Positions 11,331 to 25,177 of a stretch of 64,000 nucleotides of DNA are shown here, piece by piece; within the stretch, counting starts at the first letter, position 1, and each line of letters starts with the position of its first letter. The notes under the pieces are model-generated. The model saw nothing but the letters and a program-made list of their open reading frames with translations. It was not told where the DNA came from and ran no database searches. The translations under genes were made by a program, and so were the position numbers. Source of the stretch: Cycas panzhihuaensis. Its lineage: Eukaryota; Plantae; Cycadophyta. The DNA is taken from the NCBI GenBank assembly GCA_023213395.1, contig CM041465.1:114707741-114771740 (forward strand), in the 5' to 3' direction.

Positions 11331-14300
11331 CTAATGAAGTTAAGATTCACTTTTAGTAGTGCATTTGATATTTTTTCTATTGTATCCTTCTATCATTTAT
11401 ATATCCATCATTTAGTTCCTTTTCCTATTATTTCTAAGAGACCTTTATATTTGACATATTTTCACATTTCACCATCCTACTTTTATCTCAAAGTAGAAGC
11501 TTCAAGTTTCAAGGAGGTAAATGTTTCACAAAAATCTAACCCTTGATTAGTTCTTATATATTTTTATGATTTTCTTTATTTGATCATGGGTGTATTGCTT
11601 GTAAATGAAACTATATTTTATGTTGAAGAGGTGTAATAAGAAATGTTTTCTTGATTTTGTATAATTTTTGTAAAATGTTATCATGGCTTTGTGGAATGAT
11701 TGATGTTTGGATGATAATAAGTGTATTTTACAACTTTCATGTGCCGGTGAATGAAACTATAGTGTTAAAATCTTTCTCTAATTCATTCCAATCAGCTTTT
11801 TCCTTTGAAACACCATCTTATTATCATTTTTCCCCTTGATTCTTATACTCTGGCTATCATTTTTTTATACTTTTGGGCTTGTGTCTAATATATTTCTTCT
11901 TCTAGGCTATGCTTTCTCTTTGATGAAGCTTTTTTTCATTTTAATTTTTTGGCAACACTCTAAGTTTCTCAAAGTCTATTTACTAATTTTTTTATCATCT
12001 TTTTAATATTACCAAAAATACAACCTATCATATTTTATGTAAAAAGTCATATATTTTATTCTATACAAAATGAGACCAAATGTGTTTTGTATAGAAAATT
12101 ACATTTTTTACTATTATACATGCAAAATTTTTTAAGTCAAACATATTATTTCTTCTCTATCTTTCTCATGTTCTTGCTTAGATTTAGTGGTAACTCCTTC
12201 TTTCTCATCTAAAAACCCTTGAAACCCTTTGGAATTAATCAAAGAGTTTCAGTTGCATCCTTTTAGCAAGTAAGGAAAAGGAAAAGATAGAGAATCAAAA
12301 GGAAAAGGGCTTGGAATTTTAAAAACTTGAACTATATTTACTGAAATCTAATTTCCAAAGGCTGGTTAAGCTATACTATCATCTACAAAACCTTAATCTA
12401 AGCTCCATACTTTTTTCAGTAAGTGTGGCAATATTTTTTCTACCATCTCTTTTGATTTGTGGAAGATTTTTTGTGCTAATGTTGTGCCTTGTGTACCTTT
12501 CGTTCTTCTTCTTGGTTGTGGCTTACTTGTTTTTAGTCTTAGTGGTTGTTTTCCTTGGAAAGATCTAGATTGAAAGGTCAACCATTTGTGGGATCTATAG
12601 GAGTTAGCTATTAAGAAGAGAACCTTTCCTCTTCTTGATATATATAGGTCTTCTCCTCCCACTCTCCATAGTAGTCTTAGCTCTTTCCAATATGATGTTG
12701 GTCTTATAGTTTTGGTGTTAGTTATTTTGTTCCTCCCAATTTTTTCCTTTCTTGTTACTTTTTTCAAGAGAAAAATTGGAGAAAGATCGGCCAATAAGGA
12801 GAAGACTACTATCTTGAGGTACGAATATGGCTCCAAATTTAATGAGTTCTTATGGTTTTGACTTATATTTTCTTTGATTCTCTTCTTTCTCCCCCTTCTT
12901 CTGAAAGATGCTTGGTTAGAAAAAAAGTAAAGGGAATAAACGTTCTATGATAATGTTTACTTTTTTCTTTCTTAGGAGATAGATTAAATTCATGATGTTT
13001 ATGGTTGTATGTTGTTAAAATTGTCACAAAATCTTTCTATGCTCTTAACCTAGTTTCTTAAATCAATTTCATACATTATGTTCATGATTATTTATTGGAT
13101 TTACATCTTGTATAACATCTCTTACAAGATACTTTGATGCGTTTTGAGCTTGCATGTTAAGAATTCGTCTTGCATGTTATAGTTTTTAGCTTATCTAGTT
13201 TATTTAAAGTATTTCTATCATTGAAAGTTATAAAAATCCATCAAGTGTTATACATTCAAGTGGAAAGAACCTAAAAGGAGCTTCATCTCCCAGGTTTATA
13301 TGAGTGGCTTCTTTTGTAAGTATTACTTTTCATCTAAAGTACAAACTTGTTTAAAGTTTATTAAGATAGTTTTATCTTTATCTTAGGTAAGATTCCTTTT
13401 CTTAAAAAGTTAAAAATATATGTGATTTCCTCCTTCTTTGTTGAGTTTGAGGAGTAATTCACCTCTAATTAATCTCTTGGCTATTTTTGTAAGTGTATGA
13501 TCTTGAATTTGATTGGTTTAACCTTTTCTATAATTGAATAAGCCTAAAATATTAAAAAATATAAGGAGAAGGATAGAAACAAACCAAAAAATAAAAATAA
13601 AAAATATTATTAATATAACTTCACACTTAGATCTCCTCTATTTGATTGTGTAGGCTAGCATATTCTTTCACCAGGTGTCGTTCACATATCCTAGCATCTT
13701 TCAAACCATCTTCAACCATACAACATAACCAAGTAGAGACTCCTCCTTAGGAGTTAGACAAAGTTGGTTTTAGGGTTCTTATAGGTTGATTAATCTCTTA
13801 ATATTTAATAGAAATAAAGGAAACATAAAGTTATTGAGATTACTCAACTTAGACCGATTCCTAAATAATAAAGTCCAAAGTTTTATTTTATTCAATATCT
13901 TATATTTTATCATCCATTATTATTCTCTATTTTTGCTCCTAAAAGGTATCCTCAAAGCTCAAAGACTCTTCAAAATTCAATATATTTACCATCAAAGTAA
14001 GATTGACTATATCAAGTCTCATCCTTAATTATACTTCCTTTTAGTTTGCGGTTTATTAAAACTTTTGCTCTTTTCTTAAAAATGGCTTAATCAATCTAGG
14101 TAATGCTTACATCAAATTTATTCTCTTTTTGATATGAATCTTTTAAGACTAATTTTAAAGGGAAATTCAAAATGCCTTTTTTTTTTTAAGTATTTTTTAC
14201 TTTTAGCCCTAGTTACTAGTTAGGGTTTCAACCCTCATTTCTAAACAAATCAAATACTTTCTTAGGAAAATAATTTCATATATAAACTCCTCTTATTTAG

Positions 14301-14426
14301 TACTTTAATTTATACCCCTTGTCTTTGAATTTCATAGACCTATAAAGTTTCGTATATTTTCATATAACGTATGACCTTGAAACTCAATTTTTGTGATATT
14401 TTTTCTCTATCAGCATCATTCCAATC

Positions 14427-17400
14427 ATGGCCTCTTATGTTGTATCTCTACTTGAAGTAGATAAGTTAACTAAAACAAATATTATCCTTTAAAAAATCAA
14501 AATTAAGGGTCTCTTAAGAGTAAAACATGCCTAGAAAATCATAACCAAGGAAGAAAAATAGCACATAAACATAGTAGACTTGCTAAACTAGGAAGAAAGA
14601 AACAATAATATTGTACCCATCCTTAAACTTTCAATTTTAAACTCTCATCAAACATATGTTGATGGTGTTAAAAATGCCTATGAAATTTGGAAAATTATGC
14701 CCTCTATGTTACTCTCAAGGAAGATTTGTATAAGCTTAAAATGAGAGAATGGTAATTAGTCTTTAACTTCATAACCAAGTTAACCAATATTAAAAATAAA
14801 CTTCTCATAATAGGAGATAAAATAATTGATACTGAATTTGCATATCTTGTACTCAATAAATTATCAGAATCATATGACAACATGGTCAATATGTTAATAG
14901 GTAGAGGACAAATAACTACTATGACTCTTAATGTTCTTACAGGTCACATGCTAAGCCAAGAACAAAGGAATGAGAGGTATGAAGAAGATATTAAGATGGA
15001 AGAAGCACTCAACACCAAACTGAACTCAGGTGGTCAAAGATAGGACTAATATAATCTTAGAGCATGAGGCAGAGCACCAACTAGTAATAAAGGTCATTAG
15101 ACTTAAGGAAGAGTAAGAGCAAGAGCCACTGCTCCATGTGACTCAAGGGTCTGCTTTAACTACAGAAAACATAGTCACTTCTTAAGTAATTATAGGGCTT
15201 TTAATGTCTACTATCACTATGGGCAAACCAGGCACTACCCATATTAATGTTATCAAAGGTAAGTAAAAATTTAGAGAGGGAAGTAGATTTTAGAAAACTA
15301 TAGTAAAGAATGAAACTTGATAGAGGATGAAGTCAAACCTACTTTTGTAGTTGCTCTAGCTACCAGGGCCAGGGCCACCGAAGATTAGTATGTTGATTTA
15401 AGAGCTTCCCACTATATGATCAGAGTTAAAAAATGATTTAAATTTCAGAATAAGTCTGTGGAACTAGGACATAATTTTCCCCTTCATATAAAAGGGATAG
15501 GTTTGATAGCCATAGAAATTGATGGAAAAGTTTAATAAATAGGAAATATTCTTTTTATACCTAAAATGAAGAAAAATCTCTTATTAGTATCTTAGTTAAG
15601 TAAGAAAAAGCTAAGAATAATATTTGATAAAAATAGTCATTGTTGCATTCTAGATATAAAGAAGAATGGCATTGTAATAGTTAAAGGGGTATAATACAAC
15701 AAACTCTATAAGTTATTCTCCACCCATGTACTACCTCTCAAAGGACCTACCAAACCCATGTCTGATGTAAATTCACTTGTTATGGTAAGTAATGATGTTA
15801 ATAAAATATGGCATTTGAAGTATGTGCATATCTCACATGATAGGTTAAAAAGGTTTAAAAATTCAAGGATGATGAATGGTTTGCTTAATATCTCATTTAA
15901 TTCATTTGTATATGAAAGTTGTATGATGGGTAAACAACACAAGAAGCATACTCACAAAAAGCATATGGTGAGCATATAATAAACTAGATTTAGTCCATAC
16001 TAATCTTTGTGGTACTTTCATACCAATCTCAATAAATAAAGCAAGGTACTTACTAACTTTCATTGATGATGTTTCAAGAAAAATATGGGTTTATTTTTTA
16101 TTTAGCAAATAAGAAGAACTTAATTACTTTAAAGAATTCAAAGTAGAAGTGGAATTGGAAAATAATCAAAAAACTAAATGTGTCTATTTTGATGGGGGAG
16201 GAGAGTATGTATCTAAAGAATTCCTTTAGTGTTATAAAATATATAGAATCTATAGATAAATTACAACTCTATACATACCTTAATCAAACTGTGTAATAGA
16301 GAGAATGAACAGACCAATTCTAAAAATTACATGATGTTTGATAAATGACAAGGAAATCATAAAAAGGTATTGAGTAGAAGTAGTCAATGCAGTTGTGTAT
16401 CTAATTAATAGGAGCCCAACCTAAGCCTTAGATAAAGTAACACCTGAAGAAGCCTAGACTGGGTATAAGCTAGATGTAAATCATATTAAGGCCTTTGGTT
16501 ATAAAGTATATGTATATATTCCTAACAAGAAAAAGATTAAATTAGATAATAAAAGCATAGAGTGCATAATGGTTAAATATAGTAATTACTCAAAAGCATA
16601 CAGATGTCTTAATCTAAAAACCAACAAGCTTTAGGGATGTGATATTTGATGAAGGTATAAGTTGTATTAAGATAAGGTATTAGGAGATGGACATAAGAAT
16701 TGATAATAATAAGAAATTAAATATAGTCCAATCAGATGAGGAATCAATAATTACCTCAGAAAGTATTAAGACTAGAAGTGAAATCTTGGAAGAAAAGACA
16801 CCTAAGGAAGAAGGGCAAAGATTGGAATAAGAATAAAGCTCTAAAAAGGTACTAAAATAGTATCTTAAGACTCTTGAAGAAATAAAAAGAAAAGTATTTA
16901 AACATAGGAAAAAGTCTCAAAAACCATAAGCACTAATTTGTTTTGTTAAACTAAACACATTTGAGGAAGTAAGCCAACTTCAAATCTGAAGAACAACAAT
17001 AGATGATGAAATAGAAGTAATTTATTAAAATAAAACTTAGAAGTTGGTAGAACCTTCCAAAGATAAACCCATTGTAAATTGTAAATAGGTATATAAAGTG
17101 AAAGAAAAGCCACATGGAGAAATTAAAAAGTATAAAGTAAGGTTAGTGGCAAAAGGCTATACACAGACAACTAAAATTAATTATAAGAAAACATTCTCAC
17201 CAATGGTAAAATTAAACATTGTGATAATAATAATTGCAATAACTACTCAAAAAGGATAGAAAATCTATCAAATGGATGTAAAGAGTGTTTTCTAAATGGA
17301 GATCTTCAAGAGGAGGTCTATATACATCAACTAAAAGGGTATACTAAATCTGGGTAAGAGAAATAGGTCTGTAAACTAAAGAAGATGTTATATGGACTCA

Positions 17401-18650
17401 AGCAAGCACCAAGGGCCTGGTATGATAAACTAGATAAATATCTTATTCAAAAAAAAATTTACATATGTGAATTAGATTATGGCTTATATATAAAGTTTAA
17501 TCAAGGATTAGTCTCAATTATAGTAGCATATGTAGATGATATATTGATCACAGAAAGTGACATAAATTCAATTGCACTCAGCAAAAAGTAATTAGAAAGA
17601 GTTTTTGAAATAATAGATCTTAGAATGCTATATTATTGTCTAAGAATAGAGGTTGCATAACACAACAACTTCGTTGTCTTATCTTAATCAGAATATATCA
17701 AAAATATATTAGAAAAGTTCAACATGGGAAATTACAACAGTGTTGTTACTCCCATGGAAACTACTTATGTGTTGGATCCTGAACCAAAAGGACAACTAGC
17801 TAATGCATATACAAATAACTGGTTGGAAGCTTATCTATCTTATTACCACCAGACCATACATTTCTCACTCAGTTAAAGTAATCTCCAAGTTTATGTAAAA
17901 TCTAAATGTGCCTCATTAGAATGTTGTAAAAAGAATTCTACGATATTTAAAAGGAACAACAAGTCTTAGGTTAAAGTATACAAAAATAAATAATATGCAG
18001 TTAACAATGTTTTGTGATTCTGATTAAGTAGGAAACAGAATGACTAGAAAATCCACATCAGGGTGTTATTTCTACCTTGGTACAGCCTTAATTTCCCAGA
18101 GCAACAAAGAGCAACACATAATTACCTTGTCTTCAACAGAAGCAAAGTATAAAACAATAATGAATGTAGCCTGTGAAGTAGTATGGACTAGATAACTTCT
18201 AAAAGATCTTGGACAAGAACAAACATCACCTACCTAATTATTATGTGACAATTAGAGCATGATCAAGATGACTAAATATCCAATATTACATGCAAGAACT
18301 AAATATATAGAAGTTCATCATCACTTCATCAAAGAAAAAATTTAAAACAAAGAAATTGAACCTCTATATTATACTTTAGAATATCAAATTATTGATGTCT
18401 TTACAAAACCATTGAGTAAAGATAAATTCTCCTTTTTTAGAGATAGATTAGGAGTAAAATAAATAAGACATTAAAATAGGGTGTTATAAGCAATATTTTA
18501 TCTAAGGTACTTTATGAAAGTTAAGTATATATGAGATACTTTATGAGGGTCATATATCATTTCCCTTTTCTCTCTCTCAGTGATAAATGGTAAGATCACA
18601 TTGAATGATTATCATTTGTCCCATACAAACTATAATATATTTATAGAGGA
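14427..18650 (+). mobile_element. Ty1/copia element, heavily degenerate (copy 2, different family); 3' LTR apparently truncated
   Basis: gag start ~14427, two decayed CCHC knuckles 15152-15251, protease ~15390, integrase FIDDVSRKIWVYFL ~16060, RT LYGLKQAPRAWY…AYVDDILI 17385-17591, RNase H to ~18450, PPT then TGTT at 18482. A 5' LTR/PBS was not established (possibly 13674-13958). Confidence 0.85.
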
Positions 18651-18729
18651 ATCATCCTCATTAATGAATGACATGAATTCTTCTTACAATTTTAGGTTTT
18701 GGACCATCATAAAGGTACCCTTTGGTTAA

Positions 18730-21460
18730 TCATTAAAGATAAAATCCTAGATAAAGACAGTCTTACCATTGAGCTTTTAAAGGTCTTTTGAGATGAGATT
18801 GGTCATGATTATCTCCTCATGTATTGAGATAGCCAGTACTTCTATACAAATGTTAGAATTATCAAGCTACTTACAAAGCACGATGTAGACTAGTATGTTA
18901 CTAGTGCCTAATAACCTATTTTATTAATGAATATTGCCTATAAGATTCTAATGAATGCATGAGTATATAGAATCTAATTTATCTTTAATTATGTAATCTA
19001 CCTAGAATAAAGTGGCTTTATTTGAGGAAGACTTATTCTTAACAACATTTATGGGAATCTATAGTTTGGGAAGGGAGATTGACCAAAAGTTTTTATTCAT
19101 AAAGTTAGATTTTACGAAGGCTTATGATAAAGTGGAATGGAAATTTATCAATGATAGCCTTGGGATTTTGCAATTGGTTTCTTAACATGATTAAGAGACT
19201 CCTTATTGGTGTTAGTGCTCGTATTGTTGTTAATGGTGAATTATTCTCTGCTACTGCCCTATACTATCCAATCTTGCAAAGGTGTCTATTAGTCCCCTTA
19301 ATTTTTAGCCATTATAGCCAATGCATTAGGTTTTCTATTTCATTGACCTCAATAATTTCACCTACTTCATGGAATAACATTAGTTAATTAAAGTAAGCAA
19401 ACAATATATAAGTAATTTATTGATGACAACTTTAATTACTTAATCATAGAAATAAAACATTTCCAAGTCATTATTAGATATTAATTATTTTTTTATAGCA
19501 TTTAGGCCAATGATTTGTAAGGTTAAAATAACTTATTACTATTTAAGATTTAATGTAGTTACTAATTGGATTATGGTGTATGGTTGGTAGATTATGCCTA
19601 ATGGCTAAATTTTTTACTTATTGGAAATTCATTTTAGGTTTGATATTATACCTATATAGATATGGGATTAGAACCTAGGAAAATTTATTAAGAAAATGAA
19701 ATTTTAGTTGCTTCAATATATATCTTAGGCTAATCATCTATAGGTGGTCTAGAAGATTCTTCTCACCCTTAATGTTAATACTCTTTCGTTTGGTTATCTT
19801 CTAATGTTGCATATCATCATTTTCTCTCTTCTTAGAAATTACTTATCAATAGGCATTATCGATAAACACATGGGTCCCTAAAATTCAATGAGATATATGA
19901 TGCTTATTAATTGACCAAGGTGGTTTAGGTTGTATATGTATTCAAAAATAGGCTACCATATTGGTTTCCAAATAGATTATATGCCTTTGAGATGGTGAAG
20001 CTCCTTAGTTGCTTCTTTTTCACTTTCAAATTACATCTAGTTATTATTACAACGTAAGGATTAGAAAATTTTACCACTACATCATTATGTCTTTATCTCT
20101 TAAGAGTTGAAATTAAAGGATCTCTAATACTACAGTATATTTAGAAGGCTTGTTATACAACTTATAAGATTTTAGTATTGTGAGGGAATATGTTACACAA
20201 GCATTCCTCAGTGTAGAATATTTCTATATAATGGTGACATCAAATATGTATTGGTAATTTTTATTTTCTCTATTTGATCCTAAATTTAGTAAGTGGTGTT
20301 ATTGGAAGGGTGTACATTCTATTATATGACTCCTAAATTCTTCAAATTCATTTTTGAATATGCATGCTTTTTAAGATAAATTTGGTCTACCTTCCATTTT
20401 TCAATCCTCTTATTTGTGGCTTGTTCAACTAATTTTAGAGCTCTTTGGAGATTTTTATAAAATGTCACCATCCATTGGTTTATCGATGGATTGTTTTTTA
20501 GTACCATAAATGCCCTTTTAACATTTTATAATGAAGAAATTATATACCTTATCTATGCCATGATTGGATGTTACTTAATGACTTAACAAATTTAGCATCA
20601 TCATGATTCTTTAGCAACTCCGCTTAATCCCCGCATTTCCTTATATCATATTAGGACCGCTTTAAAAAGGTGTCTCTTTCTATGGCTCCTATTTCATAGG
20701 GGTTTAAAAACTATAGATCACTTGGCCAAAGTGCATTTTTTATTCATTGCCCCTTTTATAAATAAGACAAAGATGTGGTGCATTTATTTTAGTCCAATTC
20801 CTTTGCCTCAGATGTGTGGAGTTATCTTTATATTAAGAGAATGATTATTTGATTCAACCCTTCTTTTCATTTTGATGTTATAATTTTTTTAACGCTATTT
20901 TAACTTTTGATTAGGGATTTATGCCCACATGGCATGTTCTAAAGACAAAAATTTTATCACCTATAGAAGAATCAAAATTATATCCTTTATGAAGTTAAAG
21001 AATCTCCTTTAGTTTTAGGTTTTATTTTGTAGATGATCCCTTATCTTATGTTGCCGATGAAAGTGGCACTTGAGGTAAATACTTTCACTATAGGTATGCT
21101 TTGAAAGTTCTTTCATAGTATTCCTTCTTTTCTAAATGTAGATACCTTCATTTCTCTTCTTGCATATATTACATCACTATCTTACAGCCATGGTTGTGGC
21201 CATCCCTTAGTTTGGCAAGTAATCCCTATTTACCATTACAAACCACTTTCTTGCTCTACTTGTGTAACTCTAGCTCACTAGGTGTATTGGTACCAAACAC
21301 CATCCCAAGAGGATGCCCCCATCAGCCCAACTCTTTCTCCAAATATATGTACAACTGCCATGACAACTCCTTTTATCTCCCCTATTACTACTAAAGTAAA
21401 AATTATTCTAGGGTTTATTATCATTGAAAAAGAGTTGGAAGAGGTTGAACTTGGCCTAAG
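18730..21460 (+). mobile_element. L1-type LINE remnant (RT and C-terminal Zn-finger region)
   Basis: KS.DKDSLTIE…VF*DEIG (~18742), SGFI*GRLILNNI (~19012), FIKLDFTKAYDKVEW (~19097), zf-RVT-like WLLFHRGLKT…HLF (~20683-20820). Boundaries approximate. Confidence 0.8.
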
Positions 21461-22305
21461 CACTTGACCTCTAATAAAGAAAACCTATCTTGCCCAATAT
21501 ATGCTTTTATTTTTAAGTTTTATTTTTTTGTAATTCTAATAGTCCCATGTGATCATTCAATTCTTGTATAACTCTTAGGTGGCAATGTTTGCAACAATAT
21601 ATCTAATGAATTAAGCATGTTATACATCTTTTTTACTATCAAAATTTTGTTTGTATATATTTTGGAGGGCAATCTCCTTGATATATATACTTTTTAAATT
21701 CTTTGTTAATATAATTTCTATGTTTTACTGAAAAAAGGAATTAAAAGAGAAAAGAAAAAAGAGAGAAGAAAAAAGAAAAAGAAAACAATTTGAAGAATAG
21801 TTTATTATTAATTTCTTTGGCAAGATAATCTATTTAAGCTATTCTATTTCAAGTCAAAAGTTCAAACTTATTTTTTTGAACTAATGGATTTGATGACAAG
21901 AATAAACATATTGAAAAATAGTCTATTATCAAAATTTACACAAACAACCCACATTAACGACTATTTCATTGATAAAGCCCATAACTCTACATCAAACAAA
22001 CTACCCACAACTCTATCCATAGCAAAAGTACTTGTGCAAATGGTTATATAAGGGAAAAAAACTGTTGGTTAAATAATAATAAATTAGATATCGCAACAAA
22101 TTGACCACATATACGATATCATTAATTATAACAACAAAAGTAAAATAAACTATTAATTTTTAATAAAAGATTAGAATATTTTAAAAAAATGATCGACTAA
22201 AGAAATGCTACATTATAAACTTGTTTGCTCCAATTAAATGTTATATATAAAAAGTTAAATATTAGTTAGAAAGGCTTGGTAAAAGAAGTTGATCGCTCTT
22301 CCCTT

Positions 22306-22446
22306 TTTCTTTTTATTTTTCGCTTATGCCCCTCTCTCTTTCTCTCTCTTCCCGTCAGTTTTCTTTTTTTTTTTTCGCTTATACCCCTCCCTCTCTCTCT
22401 CTCTTTTTTCCCGTCAGTTTTTTTTTTTTTTTCCGTTCGCTTATAA
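22306..22446. repeat. ~55-62 bp compound tandem repeat (T-run, TCGCTTAT, CT tract, CCCGTCAG)
   Basis: TCGCTTAT at 22320, 22375 and 22437; CCCGTCAG twice. Confidence 0.8.
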
Positions 22447-23071
22447 CTAGAAGCAACAAAAATCCCATTTCGAATCGGATTCCAAAGTACGAGTTAAATC
22501 CATTATGAAAATTGCCATAAATTTTAGTACGAAGATTGCAATGTACAGCTATTGTTTCTTCTTTTGGGCCAGCATTTTCATTTGCCTACACAAAATGAAG
22601 TATTCGTGCAAATCATGCATCCTGCAGATTTCGAAAACGCTCCAGCCCTTTGAATACACAAATTTGATTGTGAAGATTGAGAAAGATTCGACTCTGCTAA
22701 AAACGACCAGTTTTTAAAATAATCTTACTCACCAATTTTGATCGAATTACCAATACAGAAACAATAAAAATAAAAAATGGGTAATGATATCATCACCCGT
22801 GGTCGAGCTGAGCCTCCCAATTGGATGAATAATCTGCTGAAATTATAATCCTAAACGCAATAAGAAAAGGGTGGGTAATAATCTCATCATGCGTAGTAGC
22901 GCCGAGAGATCCAATTACAGGGCATGTATTATGTTGCACGATCTTGAAAAGCGTCACCGCCCCTGGGATTGTTGCCATTGAATGCCAGCATCTATGATAT
23001 GCTAATGTCACAAAATAGAGGTGCGATTCTATTGCATATTAATGACTAATTTCTAAATAATAATTAGAAAA

Positions 23072-25027
23072 TCACCGAGTTAAACCTGCAGTGAAGGTAA
23101 TTCCTCTGGAGGGCAGCCACGAGTTTCCAGATATGAATTCAGCAACGGTGAATTGGCTCGCTTCCTGCTGACTGGTGATCACATGATACCCCGGCCATTC
23201 CACCCGCTTCGCAGTTCCTGCGCCTGGCCCGCGATTCTGGTACTCTCCATAGTACAATGTGCTCAATGCAAAGTTCCCAGACCATTCCAGCCAACCGGCA
23301 GGATCAATCAAATCGCCCAGATAGGATTGCAAGAACACAGTCCGAGAGTACTCTTTCCATGGCCTGCCGAGGTAAGTCGCGAAGGAGCTCTTGACGGGAG
23401 CAAGGTCGGGAGCCGCAATTACCGTGCAGTTATGAATGGAGAACCCGGTATTTTGGTTTGGATCCTGTCTCCCTTGAGCGGTAAAGACATTGTTCTGATT
23501 AGCGTTGGGTCTCCTGGCCAGGAGATTGCAATTCTGCAACACCGCCGCGGCATTGCCAAATATAAAATCAACCGTGCCGTAAACATTACACTCTCTGTAG
23601 AATTGGCGAAGAGAATGCGCATACAGTGTATCCTGGTAGCCCTTGAAGCTGCAACGATAGAAGGCTGATAAATCCGCTCCCACGCGTAAAGCCACGGCTT
23701 GATGTTTCGATGGCCCAGCCGTGTTCTCAAACGTTATGTCCCGTGCCATAAAGCCTTTCCCAGTCACAGCTGCATATCAAGATCAGTACGAATCAGCGCT
23801 TCCTCAAAACACAATTAAATCGCCGGCTAAATATCATATAAACACAGAACTGAGCATATTTTGAAAATCATAATCCATTAATTTAAGAATTAATCGATGC
23901 AGGGTCCTACCGACGGTTGCAGAATGGAACGTCGTCGATCCGTCTACGACATTTTTGCTGCCCGTAACCACAGTGGAATCGACGCCGTCACCAACGAACA
24001 TCAGATTTGTCTTCTTCTTATGCACTTCGACATTCTCCTTGTAAACTCCCGCCTTCACATGAATCACGTATCTGGTCTTGCTGTGCTCGGGAGCTTCGTG
24101 TACCGCTTCGCTGATAGTTCTGTAATTTCCGCTACCGTCCTTGGCAACAACAACATCGGGTTTTATATTGCCCCGAGAAGTCTGCAGAAGCCGTCGATCT
24201 CCAGCCGACACCCAGGAAGGAAAACCGTCCACGATGGAACCGTACTCCGACACGAATTCCTGGTCATCGACGGATCCATATCCCGTCTGATCGGACAGCA
24301 GGCGTCGGTTATGGCTCAAATCCTTCTGCAGAATGAGTCTCTTTCCTTGATCAGAAATGTTTTTGACCATAGCCAGCGCATTACTGACTAAATGGGACAC
24401 CTTCAGCAATCTGCCCTCCATGTAAGGATGGACATTTCCATTACAGTATTGCAGACCATCGAGGCAGGTGTACTGATTCGTGAGAGCGGCGCTGAGCAGA
24501 GTGATCAAATCATGGGCATGCTTCGGGATGGTTTCCAATGTCGAGTTCTTCAATTCCGAAAGGGATTCTCTCAACTCCTCCAACGTTTCGTCGAAAAGCT
24601 CCAAGCAATCGTGAACAGCAGTGTGCTCCATTTCGTCCCGCGCCAGCCGGCTCAGACGCTCAGCCCGGCGGAAAGCCTTTTCGACCGCCCGGATGGTCAC
24701 GTCCAGAACAATGTTAGCAATATCCATCGTCCCTGACTTACTCGACAATCCGGGATGGTTTGAAACGCTAGAGATGCAGGTTTCAGGGTATCGAGTGCTG
24801 CTACAGGCATGTTTAACGGCCAGCTTTGACGTTACTTTCCAAATCCTAACCGGCACCGCTTGGTCTCGTTCTTTATTGTTAGAGATCCCGACTCCTAGGC
24901 AGATCACAGCAGCGACGACCAAGACGAGGGCCAATCCGATCACGACGATTCTTCTCCCGGTCTTTCTCATGGCTCCCAACGTGGATTCGTCTGATCCACC
25001 ACCACAGGTACTGGAGTTCCAACTCAT
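23072..25027 (-). CDS. PME: Type I pectin methylesterase (pectinesterase/PMEI), 604 aa; exons 25027-23911 and 23769-23072
   Basis: N-terminal TM anchor, PMEI pro-domain ([27 protein letters not shown]), two RRLL processing motifs, catalytic motifs QAVALR, YQDTL, DFIFG, LGRPW. A GT…AG phase-1 intron joins SATV-A-VTGKGF in frame, with no internal stops. Confidence 0.96.
23770..23910 (-). other. PME intron, 141 bp
   Basis: Donor GTAGGA at 23910, branch-like TACTGAT, acceptor TGCAG ending 23770; conserved PME intron position. Confidence 0.92.
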
Positions 25028-25170
25028 CTCGTAACAATCCGACGAAACTGTAATCCTGAGTCGGCTAACTTCCTAAGAAACCTGAGGACGCAAGATTCGT
25101 GAATTGCAGTAACCAACAGATCCAATACGGATGGGCCACCGCATGTGGACGATAAGCAAAATGGCTCGTT

Positions 25171-25177
25171 ATTTATA
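25171..25177 (-). promoter_or_regulatory. Candidate TATA box of PME
   Basis: TATAAAT on the minus strand ~145 bp upstream of the ATG. Confidence 0.6.

Larger units (their letters stand above)
4743..13673 (+). mobile_element. Ty3/gypsy Tat-type element, 3' part, highly degenerate (PR-RT-RH-INT-aRH, repeat-rich 3' region, putative ~2.1 kb 3' LTR)
   Basis: Protease tail YNIFLGRPW (~5120), FAWNYSDM (~6370), MDGF.GYNQI (~6721), RH GKWLLLLQEFDF (~7615), PWYREIKSYL (~7797), integrase RFGVP and LVYGVEVILPLEVEIPS (8357-8690). Putative PPT AAGGAGGTAAA then TGTT at 11522. Right boundary is a guess. Confidence 0.8.

Noticed and set aside
12393-12836. 147 aa minus-strand ORF
   Set aside because: Low-complexity Lys/Arg-rich frame inside the putative Tat LTR; no domain recognised
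21730-21790. A-rich tract as LINE poly(A) tail
   Set aside because: Interrupted A/G tract with no identifiable TSD; cannot be tied to the LINE
23834-23910. C-terminal extension of the 397 aa ORF
   Set aside because: Read-through into the intron; splicing restores the PME frame
23153-25034. Plus-strand and alternative-frame ORFs overlapping PME (up to 171 aa)
   Set aside because: Shadow ORFs expected opposite a GC-rich CDS; no recognisable motifs
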